Both the position numbers and the translations under genes were made by a program. The notes beneath the pieces are model-generated. The model ran no database searches. It had not been told where the DNA came from and was given only the letters and a program-made list of their open reading frames with translations. Of a stretch of 64,000 bases of DNA, positions 1-11,902 are shown piece by piece (position 1 is the first letter of the stretch; every line of letters starts with the position of its first letter). The DNA is from Eledone cirrhosa. Taxonomy: Eukaryota. The DNA lies in contig OZ024756.1 of the NCBI GenBank assembly GCA_964016885.1, positions 43,958,001-44,022,000 of the forward strand. The letters run 5' to 3'.

Positions 1-629
1 CTAAATGGTTGCAAAGCGAACTCATTAACCTAAGTTACTGAACATTCAGCTTTGCATTCTGATCTCTCTAGTCTAAAATGAAGGCCAGCAGATGTCTCTG
101 TTGTTGAATCACCATAATTTAACGATTTCCCTGTTAGATCAATTACTGAAAATATTTATTAAACCTTCGTTCATCTCTTTCTTCCTGAAACAAGTTTAAG
201 ATAAATGAAATGTCTTAAATTTCTTCATCTTATCTATCTATTATTATATAAGTACACACATTACACACACACACACACACATACACATATATATATATAT
301 ATGACATATACATTACACACACATATATGTATATATAACATATACATAACACATAGATTATATACATATATATGTATGCGTGTCCACTAGTTAAATATGT
401 GGTGTAGCATTCTATGAAACAGTGTTAACTGCGAAACCTCCCCCATTCACTGACCCAATGTTTAAAAAAAAATAAAAAAATAGAAAAATAAATGGAGGTT
501 TGTGTTTGTTTCCTTTTTTTTTTTTCAGAATGAATATGATGCAAATATTGAATGTTTGAATTTATATTTTACATTTGTTAAAGAATTAAAAAAATACTGA
601 ATCTCCTGTTCAGTTTCCTTTTAGTGTTT

Positions 630-1060
630 TCTTCTTCTTCACCCAGGGGAGAGTCATGGGGGCAGAGTCCTTAAGAAGTTCTTCCAGCAGATCCTGTCAG
701 AAGCAAACATCTCCAATTGATCCAACTGGATCAGCAAGCAAGACCAACAGAGCTCATAGATGTTATGCAACTGGCTCAAGGTCTAACTCTGGCTCTCCTG
801 CCAGTTGATTTTTGCTCGTAAAATCTGTCCAGCAGTTCTTTCCTGGGGCATTCTAACCACATGTCTATAATATCACAGATGTGATCTCTCAATTCGGAGT
901 GAGAAAGGTAAAACCCCATCCGCGGTGCCAAGCAGTTTCAGCTTGTGTTTCCAGAAAGCCTTTTCAAAGTGTACACCCTCAAAAGGGCTCGCTGAACACA
1001 CAAGCTGAATCTTGCAGTCAGGATTTTACTTTTCTCTCTACCCACACTGCATCTCCCCAT
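630..1060 (-). mobile_element. Decayed 3' end of an RTE-clade LINE
   Basis: Minus-strand translation with stops and frameshifts gives LRIERSHL*YYRHVVRMPQER...ASDRICWKNFLRTLPP, resembling the RTE C-terminus. Confidence 0.55.
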
Positions 1061-1139
1061 GGTTAGGGGTCTCCTCGGTCTCAGCACCGTAGACTCTCTC
1101 TCTCTCTCTCTCTATGTATATATATATATATATATATAT

Positions 1140-1581
1140 AGCATTTTTCACTTTTAATTGCTTCTGTTCTCTGGTATAGGTCCATAAGTGTGAGGAATGT
1201 GATTCCAGGAAATTCATTAGTGCTAAGCATGGTAAATGTGTTCACAGCACCAGTAACACCATAAGCAAGCACTGAAAAATTGTAGCCCTTCAGCAGTCCA
1301 AGTATTACTTTACTTGTGTCTTCGTATATATCAACATTCAAAGAATTTGGACCAAACACACAATCAAATGCAAAACTTCAATTTTTGTGCTGTCGTGTAA
1401 TATCCCCTCACACACATTTCGAAGTTGGCATACCATTTATCTCACATTTGTCATTGGCAGGATCAAATACCAGAAGACGGTCATTTCTGGGTCCAACTAC
1501 TCTTGTAGATGCATTGTCAGCTTCATCTGAAGATAATGGTCGAATACAAATGACCACTTTTTCACCTGTATTATTTGACAT
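1140..1581 (-). pseudogene. Kinesin-8 (KIF18-like) processed pseudogene, N-terminal motor fragment
   Basis: Intronless KVVICIRP...DRLLVFDP...FAFDCVFGP...GYNFSVLAYGVTGAVNTFTML, with stops and a degenerate P-loop (canonical GATGAGKT). Confidence 0.85.
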
Positions 1582-1696
1582 GGTTGTTACCTTGATTGGA
1601 GATTCACTTTCTAGCTAATGGGCAATTATCAGTGTGTAAGGAATCATGTTTATTCATTACCATGCTGTTAATTATATATATATATATATATTGTGT

Positions 1697-1892
1697 AGGT
1701 GTCATGATAAAAAGTACCCAGCCCATACTGTGAAGTGGTCATGTAAAAGACAGCAAAAAGCTCCCAGCATGCACTGCAAATGTGGTTGGCCTTAGGAAGG
1801 GCATCCAGCCAGAAACTCTCCTATATGAGCGAGACAGGTCACCCGACCCAACTTGCCTCTAAATGAGACAAACCTGTTTAACCCATGCTAGC
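1697..1892 (+). mobile_element. RTE-related non-autonomous (SINE-like) element
   Basis: Contains GGTTGGCCTTAGGAAGGGCATCCAGC, shared with the RTE 5' UTR at ~54560-54590, and ends in ACCCATGCTAGC like other copies. Confidence 0.65.
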
Positions 1893-2243
1893 GTTCTTTG
1901 ACCTCTGTTACTGGTAGCAGTACTACGCTCTCAACCGGCAAGATCAACCAAACACATTTTGGCCATATAGACAGACTTAACTAAATTTGCTGTATGGTCA
2001 GATTGTTTTACAAACACTTGAAAAGCAGCATGGGATCTCAATGATTCTGCATCTGTTGGATGTTGTGAACGGTTCTGATTTCCAAAATATAACATTCTCA
2101 ATAAATCCTGTTGATTTTTAGGTTTATGTAATGTAAGATCAGATATAATGACACCAGCTTTGGGATTTACTTGGATTGGTAAAGGAGATTTTAAATTCAA
2201 TAAATCTTTAATTTGTTCATTATAGATCTCTAGATAACAACAT
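1890..2243 (-). pseudogene. Kinesin-8 pseudogene, switch I/II fragment
   Basis: YLEIYNEQIKDLL...GNQNRSQHPTDAESLRSHAAFQ...AKMCLVDLAG*ERST; intronless, with a stop inside DLAGSER. Confidence 0.85.
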
Positions 2244-2663
2244 GTTGATATATTTGAAGACACAAGTAAAGTAATACTTGGACTGCTGAAGGGCTACAAT
2301 TGTTCAGTGTTTGCTTATGGTGCTGTGAACACATTTACCAATGAATTTCCTGGAACCACATTCCTCACACTTATGGACCTTTACCAGAGAACAGAAGCAA
2401 TTAAAAGTGAAAAATGCTGTGATGTTGCTGTTTCTCATCTAGAGATCTATAATGAACAAATTAAAGATTTATTGAATTTAAAATCTTAAAATCAACAGGA
2501 TTTATTGAGAGTGTTATATTTTGGAAACCAGAACCGTTCACAACATCCAACAGATGCAGAATAATTGAGAACCCATGTTGCTTTTCAGGTGTTTGTAAAA
2601 CAATCTGACCATACAGCAAATTTAGTTAAGTCTGTCCATATGGCCAAAATGTGTTTGGTTGAT
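2243..2663 (+). pseudogene. Inverted second copy of the kinesin-8 pseudogene, with internal deletions
   Basis: Reverse-complement match to 1140-1337 followed by 1950-2240; reads GYNCSVFAYGAVNTFT...HLEIYNEQIKDLL...AKMCLVD. Confidence 0.85.
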
Positions 2664-3083
2664 CAATCACAAAAGGTTATCCCCACTGGAATTATACTTC
2701 AGAAATGTCAGATGACATAATATAATTTATTGATGAAAGAATCATGTGCATGTATGTACACATGTTTATACTTACATACATGTATGTATACATGTTTATA
2801 CTTACATGTAGTTAGATGTTTGTGTGCATGTCAAGGCTAGTATAAGATATATATATATATATGTATATTAATCTATTTATAAATGTCTCTCAAAACATAG
2901 GAAAGTACTGATGACAAGACAAGAGGAGACAACTCTGACGTTAGAAGAGCACAAGAACAGACTGGGCTCACAGTTGAAATTGCATTGAGTTATTATTTCA
3001 ATGTCGACCTAGATGAAAAGTAAAGGGTGGAGAGAAAGAAAAAGGCACTTGATATCTTCAAAGAAAACCAAATTGAACAATAA

Positions 3084-4391
3084 TTAAGTTTCATACTCGG
3101 TCTCCTGGTTTAGTTTCTTGCACACTACAACATGCAGGAAGATGTATTCTAATATATGTTTCGCATCTTTGGATTGCGAGGAGAGTTTAGTGGTAACCCC
3201 CAAAATATCCCCGCACTCCCGTATGTAGTAGTCCAGATCGGAGTCTGTGCACTTATTGGTCAGCTGGGCCAAGCGAGCCTTCTCCGAGGAGAACTGTTCG
3301 TCGAGGTCAAAAAGATCCAAACTGGGAGCAGGCAGCTCGCGAAGAGCCAACGGGAAAACAGCCGGCTGTAGTGGACTGAGAGGGGTTTCAAACTGTGGTG
3401 TGATCAGAGCCAGGGTGTCGTGTTTAACATGCAGCTCGTTATAGGCACGGATTGCGGTGGGAATGAGGGATGTGTCGAGCTTGTAAAGTGAGTTGTGAAA
3501 GAGAGAAGCGATGTCGCGAGGAATATCATCAGTTTCCTGCAGACAAGTCTTTAGTTCTTCAGACAAGGTGGACATTTGTGGCAACATGTTGTAGTCAGAG
3601 ATGTCTGGGTCATCGGCGTCAATCTGATTCAGTTTAATGTTGTTTGTGGTGAGAAACTTTAGCAGGACCTCAAGTATTTTCAAGTTTTCTTCTTTCTCTA
3701 TGTAAGTGTCATTAAACATGTGTACAGAACCAAGAACAGCAAGTTTCCCTTTGCTCTGCTGGTTGGAATAGAGGGCACACACAGGGCGATTAAGAGGGAA
3801 AGACACTGTCCCAGATGACAGGACGGACACAGCCGGAGTGATAACATTCAGTGTCGCTCCAAAAGGGTAAAGGAACGACAGAGCTTGTGAATTATTGCCA
3901 TTGTCTGTTTCACTGATTAGTCCCGAGTTCTGCTTGCCTGTTGCTTGGCTGATGGCTCTGTTGAGGACCCCATTCTGTACTAATACTTCTTTCGGATGAA
4001 AATACTTGTGATACGATGTTCTCACAACTGAATCACTATTTACCATGATACCGAATTCCTCCAGCAGAAAGTTGATGTTGTTTTCATATCTCTCTTCTCC
4101 ACCTTCACCGAGCATCACAAATACGTTACCACCATTGGCAATATAGTGTTTAATGGTGTTAAACTCTTCCTGAGTGAATTTCTCACGAGGAGCAGCCAGA
4201 ACAAACACACAGGCAGCGGAGAGCTTCTCTTCAGAAATATAATCCTTGTTATTCTGAAATCTCCAGTCAGACCGAAGTTTACGACTGAGGGTTTTGAATC
4301 CTTTGCCCAAAGAGAACAACTCATTCTTGCATGTGTTAAAAAGTATTAAGTTACCAGGATTTCCATCAACTCCTTCTGTAACGGGAGCCAT
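3084..4391 (-). CDS. IFT52: Intraflagellar transport protein 52, 435 aa, CDS in one exon
   Basis: Uninterrupted ORF with IFT52 motifs LGEGGE...NINFLLEEFGI, VVRTSYHKYFHPKE, LITPQFETPL.PLQPAVFP, LDLFDLDEQFSSEK.RLAQLTNKC. ATG at 4391 lies downstream of an acceptor (ttttcttttcag|, exon start 4423). Confidence 0.95.
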   Translation of the reverse strand: MAPVTEGVDGNPGNLILFNTCKNELFSLGKGFKTLSRKLRSDWRFQNNKDYISEEKLSAACVFVLAAPREKFTQEEFNTIKHYIANGGNVFVMLGEGGEERYENNINFLLEEFGIMVNSDSVVRTSYHKYFHPKEVLVQNGVLNRAISQATGKQNSGLISETDNGNNSQALSFLYPFGATLNVITPAVSVLSSGTVSFPLNRPVCALYSNQQSKGKLAVLGSVHMFNDTYIEKEENLKILEVLLKFLTTNNIKLNQIDADDPDISDYNMLPQMSTLSEELKTCLQETDDIPRDIASLFHNSLYKLDTSLIPTAIRAYNELHVKHDTLALITPQFETPLSPLQPAVFPLALRELPAPSLDLFDLDEQFSSEKARLAQLTNKCTDSDLDYYIRECGDILGVTTKLSSQSKDAKHILEYIFLHVVVCKKLNQETEYET

Positions 4392-5103
4392 TTTTCTAGA
4401 ACGTTCTGAATATCGACCCAATTCTGAAAAGAAAAGCAAATATAAAAAGTAAATAAGGGCAGAGAAGATAACTGATCAGATATAACCTCTCTCACTTAAA
4501 ATGTTGCCATATTTTAGCATTTGAATAAAAAAAGATTTAACAGATAAATTTAGAAATTAGGTTTTTACCACCACCTTATGAACCTTGTTGGGCTCGGGGG
4601 AAGAATTGACAAATGTCAAATCAAGAATGTGGTTGTAAAACAACGGTATTACAAAAACATAGGCTTACGTGTATTTCTCATATCATGTGTATGTGTTTGT
4701 GTCTGTCTGTGCATGTATCCCGTAGCTCAGCGCTTCGACACAATGTGTGTGTGGGGGGGGGGGTTTCGATATAATCGACATTCACCCCACCCTTCAAAAT
4801 TACTGGCCTTGTATCTTAAGTAGAAATAATTGTTACACCTCTCTCGGGGATGAATGTAGAGTAAAAACAAAATTTAATTTTATGGGTAATTAATTATTTA
4901 ATAGGTTTGGTTAGAATTTTTAGGGTGAAATTTATGTTCTTCCTATAGTTTCTTATGTATTTTTGAACGACTGTGGCCTTCAAAAACGTCGTAAATCACT
5001 CATGTTATGTGGTCCCTCCCCCAGAAAACTCCTTGATACTCGTCTAAGAAGAGACGGATGTAATAATAAAAATGTTCCCCTTAACTTGAGCTAAACAACT
5101 TAC

Positions 5104-5240
5104 CAGTAATATTAAGTTGAATATTTCGACATTTCGGTACAGAATGTAGTTAATAATTTAATATAAAGTGTCCACATATAAACTGTATGTTGTCAATTAA
5201 GTTGTCAATTTCAAGTTGAATAAATCTGAATTGTTGATTA
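5104..5240 (-). other. IFT52: Predicted non-coding first exon of IFT52 (intron 4424-5103)
   Basis: Minus-strand donor G|GTAAGT at 5104/5103 pairs with the acceptor at 4424; the 5' boundary is a guess. Confidence 0.5.
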
Positions 5241-5250
5241 CATGGCGTTT

Positions 5251-5277
5251 ATTGCCTTGGTGACAGTTACCGGTGAC
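5251..5277. promoter_or_regulatory. Two adjacent RFX X-box-like motifs
   Basis: ATTGCCTTGGTGAC (5251-5264) fits RYYNYYWWRRNRAC; GTTACCGGTGAC (5266-5277) is a spacerless variant. Both lie just upstream of the predicted IFT52 first exon. Confidence 0.6.
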
Positions 5278-7136
5278 GACGGATAATTGAAAGAAAAATC
5301 TCTTCTAAAAAATTAGTCCAGGCATGCTTTCTCTCTCTCTCTTCCCTCCCCTCTCTATATTTCTCCTTTCTTCTTCTTAATTCTCTCCCTCACTCTTTCT
5401 CCTTCTCATCCCATCTCTTTTTCTCCCCTCTTTCTCTCTCTCTATTATTTCTTTATACCAACAGTATCAGAGGTAGTAAGTAGTAAACTATAGTCATGTT
5501 TATAAAATTAAAAAAACACGAGTTATGTTAACCTTGTAATTATAGAAATGTCCAACGTTATTGGAAACAAACATGATATAAAAACAAAAAAGAAATATTT
5601 CGTTTTTTAACCTTTTCTTCTGGTGTCAGCCATTAGTTGGTAGTTCCGTGTCTCTCAAACACCAGTTCGATATATACACAGACGTGGTTCTTCCTCAAAC
5701 AATACAAATACTTCTTAATGGAGTTCGTTTTTCTCCCTATGGAACAACGGACGACGAGAGATCCCTATTGTAGGCGGTAGCAAGCCCTATCAAGAGCCTG
5801 CTCCCAGAACAAGTTCATATCTGCCAGGTCTTCCTATGTTAAAATAATATGGATGCTGAGAATACAATTTTTTAAAGTCTGTCGCCCCCTCCCTCTTTTC
5901 CTTTCTTTCGTTGCTTCTTTCTTTTCCTTCTCTGTCCCTTTCTTTCGTTGCTCCTCTTCTTTTTCTTTTCTTTCTCTTTCTTTCGTTGCTTAATTTCTTT
6001 TCGTTATCTTTTTCGTTTCCTTGTTGCCATTAATATTTTCTTTTTAGTTTAATAAACTTAATTCCATATTGTTCAACGTTAAAACTTCTTTTTTTAAAGG
6101 AATATAGTTAATACGAAACATTGTGAGATTTGTAATAAAAGACCGATAAGTTTCAGAAAGTCAGTAAAATGTGGTAGAAATATATAAAGGGGCAAGGATG
6201 ACAGATAAAATAAAGAGTTTTTTTTTTTTTACCCAGTATATTTCAACATATTTCAGGGCTAATATCCCCTTTTCAACATAATATTTCGGGGCTCAGCCCT
6301 ATTTTCAAATGTAAAAATGAAAACTGTTCAAAATAAAACAAACGATCAATGTGTTTTCAGTTTTTCTTTCTTTTTTTTTTGGATGTTTAAAAAAACAGAC
6401 AAGACTGGTCAAATGTCCTGCGTCTTTTCAAAGCCAGACTGATGGTACAATTGATGTAAGTTTGGACATTTCTAGGTCAGTCAGTGTCTGATTAGAAAAC
6501 CGGCTCTGATAATCCAAGGTAAGTATGTTTGACGAAGTGACAGAGTCGTTAGAACGTCAGTTAGAAGAATGCTTTATGTAGTGGAACTATTACAGGATAA
6601 CTCCTGCTATATTCCTCCTATAATCCTGTTAGGAGGAATAGAACAGTTATCAACAAACCATTTCTTCAATTGTTCTTCTACGGCCTATCTGCTATTCGAG
6701 ATATTCTATTGTCTGTACAGAAAATCAGCTTTCGACAATAAATTTATATTTATAGAGAATTGAGTGTTAAAGAGACATTTATTTATACCATGAAAGTCAG
6801 AAGCATGTCGCTGCAAGTACGAAGCAACAAACACATCGACTGAGGCATTTTCTTATAATTGTTTGTAATAACAAGTCCTTGGATGTTTCAACTTGTAGTT
6901 GTAAAAGGATATAAGTAATATTTAACTCCTCGTTCTTTCTATAACTATTATTCGTTCTGGCGTCCCTTAGGAGTTAAGGGTCTCGTACATTACTTTTCTT
7001 TTATTCACAGTTGTATAAATAACATTAAAAATTATTTTAAATTCTTACACAGTAAAAATATACGCACAAATAATATAATTACACACTAAACCTTGTTGAC
7101 CTTGGGCCTAAACCATAAAACATTAAGGTTTTATAG

Positions 7137-7360
7137 GGCAGTAGATTAGCAGTAATCGGTAGAGCGTCGAACATGCCTTGTTGCATAGAGTTATGTCCCT
7201 TTACATTCTGAGTTCAAATCTTGCCAAAGTTAGCTTTGCCTTTCAACCTTACAGGGTCGATAAAATAAAGTACCAGTAATGCACCAGGGTTCTATTTAAT
7301 CAACTCTCCCCTCCTCCCCTACATTGCTGCCCTTCTGCCTAAATCAGAAATTATTATTAT
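7137..7360 (+). mobile_element. tRNA-derived SINE
   Basis: A-box-like TAGCAGTAATCGGTAGAGCG, B-box GAGTTCAAATC, core GGGTCGATAAAATAAAGTACCAGT, (ATT)n tail; many copies in the window. Confidence 0.8.
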
Positions 7361-7534
7361 ATCAATAGTTGTGAGTTGACATTAGTAAGCCGATCAATAT
7401 CTCTCTCGTCTACAAACTAAACCAGTTCTGTTAGTTAATCAGTATGCAAAGTCTACCACTCTCAAGCGTGAAACATTTGTACTGCCTCTTCGCTTCCACG
7501 TTTTTGTTTGTTTTCTGTTTACTGTCAAAACTTG

Positions 7535-7601
<67 letters not shown>

Positions 7602-7869
7602 GTATATAAACAATAAAAAGAAAAAATAACCCTAATTTACATAACACTTCAATCCTTTCACAGTCAACCTAAAGAATTCCCACAAATCTGGTTTTGTTGC
7701 CTTTTCCTCTGTGCGCAGTCGGGAGACTTGAACCCACACCTTACGCCCACCCCTAGAAAGACCTTTCTACAAAATAATTGTTTCTACTTTTGGCACAAGG
7801 CCAGCAATTACTCAGTACATTACTGGTACTTTATTTTATCGAATAATAATAATAATAATGAGGTACATT

Positions 7870-8155
7870 ATAAGCAAAAGGGATATTTAATTTGTTGGTA
7901 ATTCAACAAATATAAATATTTATAACTGATTCGAAGCACTCTACAAATTTTCTGGAGTATAATTCTATTATATATATTTCAACTATCCAGGAAAAACTTG
8001 AACAGTTAATATCTTCCTGGATATGTCAATATTTATAAAACAAACTTTGTATTTTATCTGATGAGAGCGTACCAAAGTTTTGGTACTCTTGAAATATATA
8101 TAATAGAATAAATATGGTTTTATAAATATAGTTTCCATTTATTTAATATCATTGT
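7870..8155. mobile_element. Family A hammerhead-bearing element, partial fold-back
   Basis: Homologous to 12325-12686, 31832-32270 and 36700-36842. Confidence 0.7.
8050..8110 (+). ncRNA. Type I hammerhead ribozyme motif (family A)
   Basis: Helix I TATTTTAT/ATAGAATA; CTGATGA 8058-8064; ~10-bp helix II; GAAA 8091-8094; palindromic helix III ATATATAT; AUA triplet. Confidence 0.8.
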
Positions 8156-8436
8156 ATATATATATATTTACACATATGTATATATAGATGTGTGTGTGTG
8201 TATGTAGGAAACATTTGAAAATGCAAGTGGAGTCTTTAAGAAGGTTTATTTACAATAATTTATAACATTACCGGTTTCACAAGTTTCATGATTTTCAAAA
8301 GTTAAGAGGGGGGGTTAGATGTGTGACAATGTCGTCGTGAGGGGTATTGTTTGATGCAATTGAATATTATATGTGTGTGTGTGTGTGTTTACGTAGACAA
8401 CCAGCACCACCACCACATACATACTTGCATGCGTGT

Positions 8437-8477
<41 letters not shown>

Positions 8478-8480
<3 letters not shown>

Positions 8481-8690
8481 TTCGTTTCTGAATTTGTTTA
8501 GCAAGATTATTTATCTGAAATCGTGTGTTGAAACCGATATTGTTATACTTTGGGAGGGTCATGTTGCCAATATGAAACACACGCACTAGTTGCTTTCACT
8601 TCAATTTATTATAATAAATTGAAGTGAAAGCAACTGGTGCGTGTGTGTGTTTCTTATTGGCAACATGACCCTCCCAAAGTATAACAATAT
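8478..8690. repeat. Family B element fragment, near-perfect palindrome (arms ~8539-8690)
   Basis: Inverted arms centred on TTTATTATAATAAA at ~8610; the same sequence occurs at 36145-36280 and 37775-37850. Confidence 0.8.
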
Positions 8691-8794
8691 ATATACATAC
8701 ATAAATGTATATATACTTCCACACACACACACACATGCACGCTGCAAAGATATATAGGATTGATAGAATAAGAAGGGACATTATTTGAATGAAT

Positions 8795-8982
8795 GGATTG
8801 GCAGTATCGGTAGAGGGTCGGACGCCATGCTTTGCAACAAAGAGTTACGGCCCTTTATGGTTTGAGTTCAAATCCCGCCGAGGTTAACTTTGCCTTTCAT
8901 CCTTACGGGGTCGATAAAATAAAGTACCAGTAATACACTGAAGTAATTGCTGGCCTTGTGTCAAAAGTAGAAACAATTATTT
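8795..8982 (+). mobile_element. tRNA-derived SINE
   Basis: TGGCAGTATCGGTAGAG...GAGTTCAAATCCCGCC...GGGGTCGATAAAATAAAGTACCAG. Confidence 0.8.
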
Positions 8983-9271
8983 GAAGTAAGAATCAGCGGT
9001 AGACGATGTTAGATGCTGAAATAAGATTTTAAAAAAGTGAATGAAGTACAAAGATGTAGAATGTAAGTTCCCTGCAGAAGTAGCCATATTTGGGAAAAGT
9101 AGCAGACGATAGAACGGTCGTGTGGTGTTGGGCTCCTTCTGTCAGCTTCACTGACTGGTTGTAGGCGCCAGAAACTGTTGAATATATAGAAAGGGGAGAA
9201 GAGGGATAGAGTGAGTGGAGAGAGAACTATTGATAGAGTGCGAAAGGTAGAGGGAGAGAGAAATATATATG

Positions 9272-9316
<45 letters not shown>

Positions 9317-9319
9317 CAG

Positions 9320-9745
9320 TACCCTTCTCTATATCAATTAACAGCAAACTCCCCCCCCCCTCTCTATATCTACTACACGGAACTCTCTTTCAATACCCCT
9401 CTCTATATCAATTAGCACCAAACTCTCCCCCTCTCTATATCTACTACACGGAATTCTCTTCAAATACCCCTCTCTATATCAAATAACACCTAACTCTCCC
9501 CCTCTCTATATCTACTACACGGAACTCTCTTTCAATACCCCTCGAGGACATCGATTGTTAAATTTAATTTGTTATATGTTTTTTACACGTCTTTTTAAAT
9601 GTATGTAAACTCCCCTCTTTGTATTTGTCCCAATCTTTGATGCCCTGGTGGCAAATAAATAGAAATTTATATCAATTACCACCAAACTCTCCCTCTCTCT
9701 ATATCTACTACACAGAACTCTCTTCAAATACCCCTCTCTATATCT
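9320..9745. repeat. ~70-bp minisatellite, interrupted
   Basis: Repeated AAACTCTCCCCCTCTCTATATCTACTACACGGAACTCTCTTTCAATACCCCTC unit, about 4 copies. Confidence 0.8.
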
Positions 9746-9869
9746 CTCTCCCTCTTTCTCTACATAACATGTACATAAACAGTAGCGCACACACGAATAG
9801 ATGCGTTTTGGTAGTTTGGGGAGAAAAATATAATTATTGGGGGAACTTTGGTCACCAGGTTCACCGCCC

Positions 9870-9955
<86 letters not shown>

Positions 9956-10047
9956 GTAAAAAAACTGGCAGGTTATATCCAAAGTTGGTAGAGCACCCAG
10001 TCCAAAGGACAAGTTCAGTATTGACTCTCTCTCTCTATATATATATA

Positions 10048-10110
10048 TTTATTAACTTTGATAGGTTTCGGCCAACGATTGGCGCAGGCCATGTTTAACT
10101 TAATGGCACT
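10048..10110 (-). mobile_element. Diverged 3'-end remnant of the CR1-group LINE family
   Basis: Reverse complement aligns with 29518-29577 (GTGCCATTAAGTTAAACATGGCCTG.GCCAA...GGCC.AAAC..TCAAAGTT). Confidence 0.7.
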
Positions 10111-10597
10111 ACATAAAGTGTGTCTGTATATATATATGTCTGTGTATGTGTGTGTCTCTATATATATGTCTGTGTATGTGTGTGTTTGTATGTATATGTC
10201 GGTGTGTGTTTGTCTCTGACTCAGTAAGGTTATATTTTTACCCTTTCCCTTTCTATCGTTATCGTCTGCCACAAATCTCGAATCACATCACAATTCCCTT
10301 TCCTTTAGAACACTTTATCTTATTTCTCTTTTCCTTACCTATCTCTCACCCTCTCTCATATTCTTTTACTATCTCTCGCAATTTCTCACCCTCTCTCATA
10401 AATGGAGAGACAAAGAAAGAAAGAACTGATGTGGTGCTGGAGAAATGTGATTGTAAGAAAGACGAAAGAAAAGAGATGAAATAAGTGAAAGTAAGAACAT
10501 TCTCCCTTGTCTTGAAGAACACTGAATCTTGACTGTAGTACCACTCCCAACTTCTGTCTTCCTTCTCCCTCCTCCACGGAGAGAGAGAGAGAGATAG

Positions 10598-10628
<31 letters not shown>

Positions 10629-10914
10629 CAAACAGGAAGAGAGTGAGAGAGATAGGTTGAGATAGATAGAAACAGAGAGAGAGGGGGGAACAGACAGGAA
10701 CAGAGAGAGAGAGGGAGGAAGGAACAGGGAGAGAGGAAGAGAGAGAGACAGCTTTCATTCCTCAGAAAATTTCATAACGTTTCTTTAGATCATAATTCTT
10801 TTATATTTGTTTGAAAACCTTTTCTTTTTTTATTTCAAACCACAAATTATCAATTATTAATTACTATATTTTAATTAGCATATTTATGAATGGAAAATAT
10901 CAACTCCAAAATAA

Positions 10915-11100
10915 TGAGTGTAATAAATATATAGAAAGAGTGAGTGTAATAGATATATAGAGAGAGTGAGTGTAATAGATATAGAGAGAGTGAATGTAAT
11001 AGATAGAGAGAAAGTTAGAGAGAGAGAGTGAGTGTAATAGATAGAGAGATAGTTAGAGAGAGAGAGTGAGTGTAATAAATATATAGTTAGAGAGAGAGAA
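10915..11100. repeat. GA-rich minisatellite
   Basis: Tandem AGAGAGTGAGTGTAATAGATAT-like units. Confidence 0.75.
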
Positions 11101-11139
11101 GGTTGCAGGGAAGAGGAGGAAAAAGTTAGGAAGTTTTAC

Positions 11140-11310
11140 CGTTTATCTTATTTTACTCGTTGGACTTATTTGATGTCAATCGATGTTAAGTTAAATCTCA
11201 ATTACTTTAATCTATCGATTGATTTCTTCTTCAACGATCCCCGATTTAATTATTAATGTATCTATATATTTATTTATTGAAGCGGGAAGAAGGAAAAACC
11301 GACAAAGAGG
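11140..11310 (+). promoter_or_regulatory. Possible promoter and first exon of the ZNF gene
   Basis: ATCGAT (DRE-like) motifs, GCGGGAA (E2F-like) at 11282 and a strong donor G|GTAAGT at 11311; the link to the acceptor at 15919 is inferred. Confidence 0.3.
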
Positions 11311-11673
11311 GTAAGTGCGAAGATGAGAGAAAGAAAGAGAGAGATTGATAAAGAAAAGATTTACTTTTAGTTCCTGTTGCTTTCGGCAATTTCTTCACTT
11401 TTGGGGGGCTTTTGTTTTTATGTAGCTTTTAGTTTTATTTAAGTGTTGCTTTAAAAAACCCTACAAAAATTAACCCCCGGCACAACTTTATTGACGTATG
11501 AAAGATATATAATTTGTAAATATCTCAAACTCTAACTTGTTACACCAACCATCAATAATGGTTTTTAATAATACATTGTTTTCTAATATTTTATTTTAAT
11601 GTATATTAAGTTTCATAAAACAGCAACAAAGAAGCTTGTGTTTCCACTAAAATTATTAACCAATTATTGGCTC

Positions 11674-11708
<35 letters not shown>

Positions 11709-11863
11709 TCACAGAGAGAGAGAAGTTGGGAAAGCTTTCCTGGCGATTTCATTCAGAAGAAACAGTTCTAGTCCTGTAAAAGCCTATTAAACTTGTTTAC
11801 ACTCTACTAATGTATTGAGTACCTTACTGCGGTTCCCCACAATTGAACCTGGGACTCACACAC

Positions 11864-11902
<39 letters not shown>

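Noticed and set aside
1140-2663. Functional kinesin gene or meiotic-driver kinesin
   Set aside because: Stops, a broken P-loop and scrambled order rule out a protein; nothing in the sequence supports drive.
4392-4439. N-terminal extension of IFT52 in the ORF track (TTG start at 4439)
   Set aside because: It starts in the intron polypyrimidine tract; the ATG at 4391 fits the family N-terminus.
6922-6978. TTAACTCCT...AGGAGTTAA, a piggyBac-like mini element
   Set aside because: Only a 9-bp inverted match in AT-rich DNA, single copy.
7711-7750. tRNA-like T-arm/B-box on the minus strand (also 11828-11858)
   Set aside because: No complete cloverleaf; likely SINE debris.
11748-11790. Hammerhead-like CAGAAGA-ACAG/CTGT-AAAA; similar decayed motifs at 8262-8302, 8515-8540, 12252-12282 and 51117-51203
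   Set aside because: Catalytic core positions are mutated or missing; possibly dead copies, so not counted.
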